Positions 1-12,350 of a stretch of DNA of 64,000 bases are shown one piece after another (the first letter of the stretch is position 1; every line of letters begins with the position of its first letter). The position numbers and the translations under genes are program-made. The stretch is from NCBI RefSeq assembly GCF_009914755.1, contig NC_060948.1; one strand, written 5' to 3'. The notes under the pieces are model-generated. The model was given only the letters and a program-made list of their open reading frames with translations, did not search any database and was not told the origin of the DNA. Source of the stretch: the human T2T-CHM13v2.0 reference genome, Homo sapiens.

Positions 1-935
1 TTCTGTTTGTTAGTTTTCCTTCTAACAGTCAGGACCCTCAGCTGCAGGTCTGTTGGAGTTTGCTGGAGGTCCTCTGCAGACCCTGTTTTCCTGCGTGTCA
101 GCAGTGCAGGCTGCAGAACAGCAGACATTGGTGAGCAGCAAATGTTGCTGCCTGATGGTTCCTCTGGAAGTTTTGTCTCAGAGGAGTACCCGGCCGTGTG
201 AGGTGTCAGTCTGCCCCTACTGGGGGGTGCCTCCCAGATAGGCTACTCGGGGGTCAGGGACCCACTTGAGGAGGCAGCCTTACTGTTCTCAGACCTCCAG
301 CTGCGTGATGGGAGAACCACTACTCTCTTCAAAGCTGTCAGACAGGGACATTTAAGTCTGCAGAGTGTTCTGCTGCCTTTTGTTTGGCTATGCTCTGGCC
401 CCAGAGGTGGAGTCTATAGAGGCAGGAAGGCCTCCTTGAGCTTTGGTGAGCTCCACCCAGTTCAAGCTTCCTGGCTGCTTTGTTTACCTACTCAAGCCTC
501 CTCCAGCCTCGCTGCTGCCTTGCAATTTGATCTCAGCATGCTGTGCTAGCAATGAGTGAGGCTCTGTGGGCATAGGACCCTCCAAGCCAGGCACAGGATA
601 TAATCTCCTGGTGTGCCATTTGCTAAGAGCATTGGAAAAGCACAGTATTAGGGCAGGAGTGACCCAATTTTCCAGGTGCCATCTGTCACCCCTTTCTTTG
701 AGTAGGAAAGGGAATTCCCTGACCCCTTGTTCTTCCCGGGTGAGGAGATGACTCGCCCTGCTATGCCTCATGCTTGTTGCGCTGCACCCACTTCCTGCAC
801 CCACTGTCCGACACTCTCCAGTGAGATGGACCTGGTACCTCAGTTGGAAATGCAGAAATCACTCTTCTTCTGCATCTCTCATGCTGGGAGCTGTAGACTG
901 GAGCTGTTCCTATTCGGCCACCTTGGCTCCACCCC
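1..935 (-). mobile_element. L1PA 5' UTR (element continues left of the window)
   Basis: Reverse complement of the L1PA 5' UTR: 'ttctgtttgttagttttccttctaacag', 'cagttggaaatgcagaaatcac', ending in 'gctgttcctattcggccaccttggctccacccc'. Confidence 0.93.
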
Positions 936-1149
936 CTCAAACTCTTAACTGATAGACTTGATGTCCATTGTCTTCCATATTCTGTTCCTGTTCATATAAA
1001 TTCAACCTGCTTTAAAAATTATATTTGGTACTTAATGACTATAAGATAGACACTGTAAACCTGAGTATTCAAGGTGAATAAATCTGATCAGAAGCCAACT
1101 TCCAATCTAATCCAGAACTATATTTTTTCCACGAACTATGTCTAATCAG

Positions 1150-1545
1150 CCATGTTAAATTCTAAGTATGAAGGAAATAAAAATAGTGCATATATAGTTA
1201 AAGAAACAGCATATTGGAAGCAGAGGTTTGGTGGAATCTAGTGAATGTCACAAATAAGTAGAGAGCCTAGGACAAACATTTAGGGGCTGAATTAAGTAGG
1301 AGCCAGTCAAGGAGAATGAGAGAAGTCAGTGAGGTAGGAAGAAAACAAAATTAAACTTGACTTTACAAAAGACAAGGGAAGAAGATGTTCAAACAAAGAA
1401 CGGATGTCCAACTCTTTAAGAGTGATAGGTGACCATTAAATTGGAAATATAGAAGTCACTGATGACCTTGACAAAAGCAAGATCAGTGGAGTGGACAGAC
1501 TGAAATCTGGATGGTTTAAGGAGTGATCAGAATTTTGAGAAAAAA
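1150..1545. mobile_element. Old L2 fragment; similar sequence resumes at ~3,800-4,350
   Basis: Purine-rich L2-like text such as 'gaagtcactgatgaccttgacaaaagc...gtggagtgg...tggtttaaggagtga'. Recognised from memory only. Confidence 0.5.
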
Positions 1546-1562
1546 AGTGAGTATCAACAACT

Positions 1563-3787
1563 CTTTTTTTTTCTCTTTTTCTTTTTTTTTTTTGGAGGGG
1601 GGATGGAGTCTTATTATATCACCCAGGCTGAAGTACAGTGGTGCGATCTCATCCCACTGCAACCTCTACCTCCCAGGTTAAAGCAATTCTCCTGTGTAAC
1701 CCTCCACGTCTGGCTAATTTTTGTTGTATTTTTGTCTCAGTCCAAAATCTCCTTAAGCTGATAGGCAGCTTCACCAAAGTCTCAGCATACAAAATCAATG
1801 TGCAGAAATCACAAGCATTCTTATACACCAATAACAGACAAACAGAGAGCCAAATCATTAGTGAACTCCCATTCGCAATTGCTTCAAAAAGAATAAAATA
1901 CCTAGGAATCCAACTCACAAGTGATATGAAGGGCCTCTTCAAGGAGAACTACAAACCACTGCTCAATGAAATAAAACAGGATACAAACAAATGGAAGAAA
2001 ATCCCATGTTCATGGGTAGGAAGAATCAATATCATGAAAATGGCCATACTGCCCAAGGTAATTTATAGATTCAATGCCATCCCCATCAAGCTACCAATGA
2101 TTTCTTAAGAGAATTGGAAAATACTACTTTAAAGTTCATACGGAAACAAAAAAGAGCCCGCATTGCCAAGTCAATCCTAAACCAAAAGAACAAAGCTGGA
2201 GGCAACATGCTACCTGACTTCAAACTATACTACAATCTACAGTAACCAAAAAAGCATGGTACTGGTACCAATCAGAGATATAGACCAATGGAACAGATCA
2301 GAGCCCTCAGAAATAATGCTGCATATCTACAACTATTTGTTCTTTGACAAACTTTACAAAAACAAAAAATGGGGAAAGGATTCCCTACTTAATAAATGGT
2401 GCTGGGAAAACTGGCTAGCCATATGTAGAAAGCTGAAACTGCATCACTTCCTTACACCTTATAAAAAATTAATTTAATATGGATTAAAGACTTAAATGTT
2501 AGACATAAAACCATAAAAACCCTAGAAGAAAACCTAGGCCATACCATTCAGGATATAGACATGGGCAAGGAGTTCATGTCTAAAACACCAAAAGCAATGG
2601 CAACAAAAGCCAAAATTGACAAATGGGATCTAATTAAACTAAAGAGCTTCTGCACACCAAAAGAAACTACCATCAGAGTGAACAGGCAACCTACGGAATG
2701 GGAGAAAATTTTTCTAATCTACTCATCTGACAAAGGGCTAATATCCAGAATCTACAATGAACTCCAACAAATTTACAAGAAAAAAACAAACACCCCATCA
2801 ACAAGTGGGCGAAGGATATGAACAGACACTTCTCAAAAGAAGACATTTATGCAGCCAAAAGACACATGAAAAAATGCTCATGATCACTGGCCATCAGAGA
2901 AATGCAAATCAAAACCACAATGAGATAGCATCACACACCAATTAGAATGGCGATCATTAAAAAGTCAGGAAACAACAGGTGCTGGAGAGGATGTGGAGAA
3001 ATAGGAACACTTTTACACTGTTGGTGGGACTGTAAACTAGTTCAACAGTTGTGGAAGTCAGTGTGGTGATTCCTCAGGGATCTAGAACTAGAAATACCAT
3101 TTGACCCAGCTATCCCATTACTGGGTATATACCCAAAGGATTATAAATCATGCTTCTATAAAGACACATGCACACGTATGTTTATTGAGGCACTATTCAT
3201 AATAGCAAAGACTTGGAACCAAGCCAAATGTCCAACAATGACAGACTGGATTAAGAAAATGTGGCACATATACACCATGGAATACTATGCAGCCATGAAA
3301 AATGATGAGTTCATGTCCTTTGTAGGGACATGGATGAAGCTGGAAACTATCATTCTCAGCAAACTATCTCAAGGACAAAAAACAAAACACTGCATGTTCT
3401 TACTCATAGGTGGGAACTGAACAGTGAGAACACATGGACACAGGAAGGGGAACATCACACACTGGGGCCTGTTGTGGGGTAGGGGGAGGTGGAGGGATAG
3501 CATTAGGAGATATACCTAATGCTAAATGATGAGTTAATGGGTGCAGCACACCAACATGGTACATGCATACATATGGAACAAACGTGGACGTTGTGCACAT
3601 GTACCCTAAAACTTAAAGTATAATAAAAAAGTAAAAGAAAATAAAAAATAAAATAAAATATTAATCTCTCCAAAAAAAAAAAAAGAAGAGGGGGGTTTCA
3701 CCGTGTCTGCCAGGATGGACTGCATCTCGTGATCCACCCACCTTGGCCTCCCAAAGTGCTGGGATTACAGACGTGAGCCACCGCCCA
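1563..3787 (-). mobile_element. Alu split in two (1,563-1,733 and ~3,685-3,787) by an L1 insertion
   Basis: Poly-T, then 'gatggagtc...cccaggctgaagtacagtggtgcgatctc...ggctaatttttgttgtattttt', then the L1, then 'gggtttcaccgtg...cctcccaaagtgctgggattacagacgtgagccaccg'. Confidence 0.88.
1734..3684 (+). mobile_element. 5'-truncated L1PA (ORF2 3' part, 3' UTR, poly-A)
   Basis: ORF2 peptides '[10 protein letters not shown]...[12 protein letters not shown]', '[14 protein letters not shown]' and 'KKMWHIYTMEYYAA' in broken frames; 3' end 'gtaccctaaaacttaaagtataataaaaaa'. Confidence 0.96.
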
Positions 3788-5027
3788 CATCAACAATTCT
3801 TATAACAGGTTTTGCAGTGAGGAAAGCAGATAAATTAGACTGTAGATAGGGATTTAGGGTAAATAAGTATTTTATCATATTATTTTGAAGATGGCATTTT
3901 TTTAACATGTTTGAATGTTAACAGATATGATACAATACAGGAGAAACTGATGTTGCAAGAGAAATATGGTGCACCTGAAAGAGTAAAATCCTTGGGGAGT
4001 GAAGAAGAATGGGACCCAGTACAATTGTGGAACGACTGTCCCATCTCTTAGAAATGGGGACACTTTCTTGGTTTGAAATAAAGAAAAGGGGTATATTAAC
4101 ATCAGGCTTGGAGATGTCACAGTCAAAATATGGAGCAAGCTTCTTTTCATGGCTTCCTCCCATTTTCTCAGTGAGGTATACAATTGGAAACAATGAGATT
4201 GGGACAGGTGGGTATATAAAATTTAAGGAAAGGGAAGATATGAAAATGAGTTTAGAGATAGTGAAAAAGTGAACTTGCTATAGAAAAACAGTGGAAATTC
4301 CAGGAAGTATTGAGACTTAATTTGAGTTTTGAGAACAATTAAAGTTAAACTAGGGTGGCTGATGATTTGATTTTCTCCAGCTATGAAGAAAGGATAACTA
4401 ATGTGCAGAGCAAAAATGGGACTTAACTTCATGATTTCTGACTCTACAATATTCTTTGGACTATACTATATTAATGGTATTTTCTTTTAAATTCACTACA
4501 AAAGTCATAGCTCAGGTTGTAACTGAGTAAAATATTTTCTTCAAATTAAAAAATATATATCCAAGTGGAGGATAAGCAGCAATACCTTTGGAAAGAAATT
4601 GAAAAGGCTTACAACATGAAACATTTGTAGCTTGTATGCTAATCAGCATATATTTCACTCCCTGTAAATATTGCAAAATATCCATATGCTTATGTTGCAA
4701 AATCCTTCTTGGAGCCTTGTAATAAGGCCAGTGGACCATGTTGTTAGGCACAATGTAACCGCTTTCATTCTTGGCCCCAAACAAAGGACAGCAGGCTGAT
4801 AGTGTTAGAGCTAATTAGCACACTATTCATCTTGCCTTATGCTTAGAATGCCTAAAGGAATCTTCCTTTTTCTGGCTGATGATAAAACAGAATCAGTCTC
4901 TTTTGCTCTCTGATTTGAGTCATTTATCAATCATCATTCTGCAGACACACTGAGAAGCAAAGAATGTATACACATATACATGTTTTTGTTAAATGTTTTA
5001 TGGGGTTATATATGTTTTTTAGCAGGC

Positions 5028-5029
5028 GT

Positions 5030-5070
<41 letters not shown>
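5028..5070. repeat. (TG)n microsatellite
   Basis: Visible run of tg dinucleotides. Confidence 0.95.
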
Positions 5071-5072
<2 letters not shown>

Positions 5073-5149
5073 TGGCAACACAATATAATGAAAAGAAAAG
5101 TGGGAGGGGTTGAGGAAAGCGAAGTCTGGAAACTGAGTACAGCTATTCC

Positions 5150-5432
5150 TGGAGAGACAGAATGGTGTAAAATTAAAAGCATGGGCTCTGGAGTCAAATT
5201 TCTTGGCCTGAATCCTGGCTCTGACACTTATTAGCCACATGGCCCTGGCCAAGTTACTTACCTTCCCTGGACCTCAGTCACCTTATTTGTTGCATACAAA
5301 TAATAGTAGTACTTAAAATAAAAAGTTGTTGAAAGAATTAAATGAGTTGATGTTTGAAACTCTAGTATTTACCAGCTGGTGATCCTGGGAACATCATTTA
5401 AATTCTTAAGTTTCAATGTCCTTACAGTAAAA
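5150..5432 (+). mobile_element. MIR fragments
   Basis: 'aaagcatgggctctggagtca...gaatcctggctctgacacttattagc...ggccaagttacttacc...cctcagt...aaatgagttgatg' matches the MIR core. Confidence 0.8.
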
Positions 5433-8049
5433 ATACCTCCAAAGCCTCCTCTGTTTTGCATTTTTTTTTTCCCTTTCACAGATTTTACATTTTCTGGTAT
5501 TTTGGCAACAGATTCATGGTTACATAATATTGTATTAGTTACAAAATTTCCTCTACCTTTACGCAGATTAACTAGACTTCAGTTGCACTAATTAAGAGAG
5601 CATTAGCTGAGTCAAACGATAATAGATAAGTTATAATTGATGTCAAAATTCTACCTCATTATATTACCTTCCAAATCATATCCCAAGTTTTCTTCTATTT
5701 TGAGAAACATCACTCTACATACACATAGAACAAAGATTGATTTTGCAGATTAGCATGATTTTAATAGAGCAAATTCGACCTTCAAATCTGATAAGCACTT
5801 TCCAATCCATAAAACACTGTCAGAAAAAAACTGTCTATCAGGTTAGACACATTTCACAGAGCCTATGAAGTTGCAAATCACTTATGCCTCCCTCTTGTGT
5901 TACCAAGATAACGTATAGCACTACATAGTGTTTCTTAGCTTGAAAGAGCTTAGGAACTTAATTAATCCCTAGACTACCTAGTGAGAGAGTGGTAAGAAGC
6001 CCCTTGAAGAGATCATTTAACTACATAATTCACTCTTGCTTAAATGTAATTCAGCATATGTGTCATGTTGTGTTCTACTAGCTTTCTATTTCAATCTTCA
6101 GAGAAATAATATTTATGTGTGAATGTATGATGCATAGGCAACTATTATGAACAAAATTATGTAGACTGCACTCTGTCTGCCACTAAAAGCTAACAGATAT
6201 ATGTACATCCAACACATTAAAAAAATCTGGTACATTCTGCTGGATTTTCTTTTCTTTTCCATTTTATATCTCATTTTCAGGTATTTCACAGTGGCCTTCT
6301 TAGATTTGAAAAGGCTAAAAATTTTAAATAAGGAATATACAATTCTCTTGTTAATTTTTATAATTACTTTAATTTTTTGGAAAGTGTATTAAAAGTAAAT
6401 GTTTATAGATGAATATAAAAGAATATCGTATGTGAACACTTCACCCAAATGAAAGAATATTTATTTATTCTATTTAGAATTCTCTCTAGTAGGATTTCCT
6501 TCTCTGCAGGTAGCTGGCTACAGGGATCTACCAAAACAAATCTATTTCTGCAGTAAATACCAACACTTGGTTACTCAGGAAATAACTCTTTCAGTCTGCA
6601 AAACACTACATATCTTTTCCCTGAGCAGGATAAATTCTTATACAGTTTTACTGTTCTACTAAAATTTCAATTAAAGTTAACCATTTTCATTTTTATTGCA
6701 AATAAAATCTGGTTACTTTCTAATTACTTGCCCGAAATCTATTCTCTATAACTTTCTAAAATTACATAGACATACACACACCCATACAAAAGAAACAGTA
6801 CAACTGGAAGAATAACCAATGTGTGCATGTGTTCTGTTTTAAAAAAATTTCTACTGTACTATTTGCATTAAGGTTATAGTTGTAATTCAATCAATGACCC
6901 ATTTTAAATGAGTGGCTAGGACATCACTGGAGAAAGTGGGTGCAATGCAAGAAACATTTCCCTATGCATTCACTTTATTTGTAAATACATTTATACTGTA
7001 TAGTTGAAGTGGTTAACTTTGTCGTCAAAGACTGATACTGGCAAAAGTTTTGTTTCTTAATATGCTCTTCTTTAATTTTTTCCAGAATGTTTCAAAATGT
7101 CATTCATATATTTATTCTAATTTCTTCTGGGAATAGATAGCTAAAGAAAAATGGAGAAAACCATTTTTTCCTATAAGTTTATCATCTCTTGAGTGTCAAA
7201 CTTGTCATGAAAGGAGAGATGCATCTGCTGCTCTTACTTTAAGACCAGACTTTCCACCAATAGATTATAAATGTGAAAATATCTGCCTACTTAAAGCCAC
7301 TGTTCTGAAGAAAACACTATTACAGTCTGAGATTGAACCCTAAGGACTGGCCTTGGGAACTTTGAGATTTTGGTCAACTAATTTCTAAGCTAATTTCTAA
7401 GGATGATCTCAGTTGCAAGAGTTATTGACTCTTTAGTCAAACACTCTATCACAGAAAATCTAACCTTGTGGGCCATTTGGTTATGAGACGGTAAAAAATA
7501 ATAAAAATATTACTGGGATGCAGATAGCCAGTACTATAGCTCTTCAAGGAAAAATACTCTCAGTAACAATATGAAAGTTTGTCTGAATTTCTATTTCCAC
7601 ACTATGATTATTATGCCACATTTTGTAGCATTTCTGTAAATTATTTCTGGTTTTGAAAATCTTTACTTTTGAATGAGGATTTGTCTTTAAAAATTAATAT
7701 TGTTCCATAGGACCATTTGCTTGTATAAATTATGCAACATTTTATGGGAGCTCATACATGGACATCTCATAGAAAGCAAGTGATGAGACAGATGTTTGAG
7801 ATGCATTAGGGTGGATGAAGCGGAAGCACTGTTTCTACTCTCTGGGTCTCTCACTTCCAATAAGACAAACTACAAAATAATTTCATATAAGAGTTTAAAA
7901 AAGAATGACTCAATCTGTTGTGTCTGATTGTTGTTTTGTATCCCATAAACACTTTATGCTATATCTAAGACTTAAGGTGTTTTAAACATTAGATATTGTC
8001 TTTAGGACACCAAGTGGAGGCAGGGCAACACAAGCAGGTGCTGCCTGGG

Positions 8050-8652
8050 GGATCTTATCTAATGAAAGAAGTCAGCAACAGGCAGCTGAAAGGGTAGTGG
8101 TCCAGTGCCAGGTGTTTAGCTGAGACTTGTATAAGTTTCTCAGAAACTCTCACAAGTATCTGAGGGAAATGAAACTGGTTTACCAATGCTCTTTTAAAAA
8201 AATCAGCTAAAGAACATCCTATAGTGTCCTGAGGAGAAAAGTGAGCAAGGCACATAATTTGAGATAGGAAAAATAGTAGGTGATTGCAGGAGCATAGAAA
8301 ATCTCAGACAGGTGTTTCACATGACTAGCAAATATACACTGTTAAAATAGCCACATAAAGTAGGAGATGATAAGACTGTGGAAAACCAGGGTGTGGGCAA
8401 ATCTGGCTAGGAACAGCTGGTTGAAATTCAACATGGTGTGGAATTTCATCTAGGTTTCGCCTTAGAGAAAATAGCCAAAAATTCACTGCTACTACCATGC
8501 AGCTCTGCTACTACCATGTAGCAGAGCAACTAATCAAAGGCAGCAACTGCCTAACTATGGCTGGTTCACATGTGAAAAACAGAAATCCCTTTTTGTTTAA
8601 TTCATGCTTACTTTTTTCTGCTATATGAAGTAAAACACATTCCTTAATGACA
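8050..8652 (+). mobile_element. Probable MLT1 (MaLR) LTR
   Basis: The end 'cacatgtgaaaaacagaaatccctttttgtttaa...ttttttctgctatatgaagtaaaacacattccttaatgaca' resembles MLT1 3' ends. The 5' boundary is uncertain. Confidence 0.45.
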
Positions 8653-8796
8653 ACATGTTTCATTTTCTATCTTACTCTTCACCATTTATTTTCTTCTCAC
8701 ATTACTTATAATTTGTAACTTATTTTGTCAAATATATGAAATGAGGTAACACGGCAGTATTATAGAAAGCACACTGCATTGAAAACAGACTTATAT

Positions 8797-9645
8797 TGAA
8801 ACGGGAAAACATCGCTTTTACCCTTCCCAATGGAGCTTGCAATGAGGACAGGTTGTGGGGCTCTGCTCCCAGGCAGTGTCTAGGGATGAATGTTCACAGA
8901 TCTGGAATTGCCAGAGGTCATGTGTTACATGGTGTTATTTTAGTTTATCCATCCGTAGGTGGCTTGAGTTAGTCAGCTCCATCAGACACCCTGCCTTACT
9001 GCAAACACAGAGGGCTATCTGAATCCCGGGGTTTCTTGCCTTGGTGTACCTGAAGAATTGGCTCCCACGTGGGCTTGAAGAATAAGTGCCAGGTTTCATT
9101 GAGTGGATGCTCTCAGCAGATAGATGGGGACCCACAAGGGAGATGGAGCAGGAAGGTCGGTTTCCCTTGGAATGGGGCAGCTCTGGACTCTCTTCCCACA
9201 GCCCCATGGGACTCCATGTTCTTCTGAGGTGGATGGCCTGCCACCTCTGTCCTTGTGCTTTCCTTCCTCTGGTGTCTTCTCAAGGTCCAGTTGCTGCGTC
9301 TTTTTCTGCTGATGGTTCCTCTCGACATCTGCGGCTATGTCACTGCCTGCTAGGGTCTCCAGGTTTCTTATATCACAGGATGGAGGTGTAGCAGGCCAGG
9401 GTGGTCTTGGGAAATGTTCCTCTCAACATCTGCGGGTATGTCACTGCCTGCTAGGGTATCGGAGTTTCTTATATCACAGGATGGAGGTGTGGCAGGCCAG
9501 GGTGTTCTTGGGAAATGCAACATTTGGACAAGAAAACAGAAGTGTTTGTCCTCACCTATGTGAGTGAACACAGGTCTGAGGGTGGAGCCCTAACCAAGGA
9601 CCATGCCCTCCCCTACCCAGCACTTCTCTACCCCCTTCCATATCA
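8797..9645 (-). mobile_element. ERV1 solo LTR, MER52/LTR1-like
   Basis: TG...CA termini. The reverse complement starts 'tgatatggaagggggtagagaagtgctgggtag...ctccaccctca...aaatgttgcatttcccaaga'; internal 'gaatcccggggtttcttgccttggtgtac...cacgtgggcttg'. It contains a ~100-bp internal tandem duplication. Confidence 0.75.
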
Positions 9646-10006
9646 ATAGTTTTTATTTAAGTCTCCAAAAATGATACCCAAATTCTTTAGAGAAGACAAT
9701 TGGAGGAAATAGCATTAGAATATTCTAGGATTAGGGTCACTAAATAGAAAATGAAAACAGAGAGCATGTCCTGCAGGCCATGGAATCACTGCAGAAACAT
9801 ATCCCCTGCTGAGAAGGAGAGGGACACACACTGGCTTCTCTAGTCTTCTTGTTCTCTAGTCTCTTCACTGTCACCCCTCAACTGAATTGAAACAGGAAGT
9901 AATTTTTATGGGAGCCTAGGAACCATGACTCACAGAGGCCAGGCCTCTCTATTACAGAGCAGTGCCAGGAGATGTGATTGATGTATCTGTGGGCATATAA
10001 ACCCAT

Positions 10007-11124
10007 AATCAAGGCTGACATCTGGGGGTGGTTCGCAATCTTGATTTAGGTCAAAGAGGCTTTAGATGCCATGGAAGGAAAAGCTAGAAACAACAGGGAA
10101 GAAGGCCTAAGAGCACCCAAAGGCAGGGGTATGGAATTTATCAGATCTGCTTCCATGTATGACCTCCCTTTCCCCTCTCCCTCCCCCTGAATTAAGGACT
10201 CTTGGGTTCACGGAGAGTATGTAATTCTGAGGCTGACTGCACTGATATTGGGAGGGGAAATTTGCAGAGAGTTCCTGGTGTCTAAGGAGTGGCAGAATCT
10301 GCTTATACCCAAAGACTCCCAGTCTCAGATCAGACTAGTAAGGGGGAGCAATCACACACCCTTAACAATATCTTGATTCACAGAAAAACCTGTTCTGGTG
10401 AGAACTCGCTTCTGCTCTTCAAAAAGATGCCCCAAACGTCTGATGCTCAGCATCAGGAAGGGTTTCTCCGCTGCATGCAGGAAGATAGTACCCGCCTCTG
10501 CTCCGGCTTTTTACAGCCACATGTGTCCGTGGCAACCCACGTTTCCTCCCCAAATGGTCACATCGACGCCGAGCTGCCCATCAGTTACTTACACTTCCCC
10601 AAGAGCACCTCTCAACTAGATAGGCAGAAGAAACACTGAAAATGATGCAACACTGGCCCAGAAGCCAGGGATGCTCTGGATGATGGCGCCTCTGCGGTCC
10701 AGCTGGGGCTTGCGCCTCTGCTCCATCTTTCTCCTCTCCTGAGAAAAGGTATTCCTGGCTCGGGCATTAACCAGCTCCAGCCCCACCTGAACGACCAGCA
10801 GCTCCACCAGTGCAGACTCTGGGGTCATGGGCCCAGGGCCAGGCTGTGCCCGTTGGTCCTCCTCCTGCAGCTCCACGTCGGCCTCCTCCTGGGCCACCAC
10901 CTTCGTCTCCGCCATTATGTTGTCTAACAGCAGCACAACTCCTCCTCCAAGGCTGCCTCCCCGCTCTGCGCACCGGGAGCCCCCTCCTGTACAGCCTCCA
11001 TCCTGAAGACAGTGCCCTTCTCCGGACTCCCACAGACCACCGCCTGTGCTGCCTGACCCACACCACAGGAACCCTGCCGCTGCCCTTACTGGAGCCTGTG
11101 GGTCGGAGGGCCCTCAGGGCGCAT
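10007..11124 (-). pseudogene. TSPY: TSPY pseudogene: exon 1 (11,124-10,649), intron 1, and the first ~33 nt of exon 2 (10,039-10,007); the rest is missing
   Basis: ATG CGC CCT GAG GGC (MRPEG) at 11,124, followed by an early in-frame TAA and a frameshift. ORF 10616..10936 reads 'LLLDNIMAE...[12 protein letters not shown]...[23 protein letters not shown]', as in TSPY exon 1. The donor reads GC. Exon 2 begins 'aag|ATTGCGAACCACCCCCAGATGTCAGCCTTGATT' = IANHPQMSALI. Confidence 0.95.
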
Positions 11125-12350
11125 GCACTGGGCTCCAGGCTCCCCCAACAGACTTCAGGCAAACGGCGCCAGGAGCCGCGCCAACACCACCCGCCTCCCC
11201 CCGCGGTCAATCAGTCGGAGGGCGGTGGGCGTCTCCCTGGGCGGCACCAACCCAGGTTGGCCTGCAGTCCCAGCCTCCTGGGGTAACCCTCCTCTGAAAA
11301 GCCCTTGGAGCTTGTGCCAGGTAGCGCTGCGTCCAGGCACACGTGGGCTGCGTGGCCTTTGGAATTGCGGGCATGGGAGACCTGTGCCCTAACTGACATC
11401 CTGAATGTGGCAAATCATTGACCCACAAGGAGCACATGAAACATCTCATTTCATTAGGCAAGCCAGGTAGATGATACGGAATATTGCAGATCCAGAGGAG
11501 AACTCTCTCTGGCTGCTGGGGCGAGGGCAGTGGGGGTGGCCTGGGGAAAGTGGGTCGGGGCCGACGCTAGGGAGGAAAGTAGCCGGGTTATGCTTGGGTG
11601 GAAGTCGTCGCCTCTAGAGGCCAGAACCCCGGCAAGCGCTCTCGCAGGTCGAGGCAAATACAGGCTCCGCGTACCATGCTTCCTCCGTGAGGATGCTGTA
11701 CTCCGGGGAGCATTCCAAAGTGCCTCTCGTCCTATGCCCTAGGCACACCGGAGACCAGCCGCCAGGTTGGCCGTCGATATCCTGCGTGCACACAATTGTA
11801 CGCTGCCTTGCAGACCTAGAGGCTCCCGCACGTGCAGCAGCGGCTGCGGTGCCTGCTGGTGGGGCTCTGCAAGCCCAAGGCCTTGGGCTGTGGCTCCTGA
11901 GCTCCTGTGCGCAGTTGACCCTGCTGGGGACCTGAGCCCCAGGTCAAGTGCGGCGATCTGCGGGCCCAGCCGGGCTTTTCAGGAAACCTGCGTCTACGTA
12001 CCTGTGGGACTAGGTTCTCAGCAGGGCGAGGTCTGTGGGCCTTCCGGGGAGCGGGCCTCCTGGGGAGCGGCCCCAGAGCCTAGTGGTGCCGGGGATGGGC
12101 TGGGCTGCACAGACCGGGGTCTGCGGGAGTACCCAGGAGGGCACAGTGTTCAGGCGGGAGGCTCTGCTGGAGAGGACGGCCCGGGTACAGAGCAAGGAGG
12201 CGGCCTTGAAAGAGGAGGCGGTGCTGATGGTGGAAGACATAATGGCTGAGAAGGAGGTGGTGGTTAAGGAGGAGACCAATGTGTAGTGGCAGAAGGAGGA
12301 CCAGCGGGCACAGCCTGGCCCTGGACCCAGCAGAACCGGGCCGTGAATGG
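10540..12350. promoter_or_regulatory. CpG island and candidate bidirectional promoter between the divergent TSPY copies
   Basis: GC- and CpG-rich block in an AT-rich window, spanning both oppositely oriented exon 1 sequences. Promoter activity is inferred, not shown. Confidence 0.65.
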
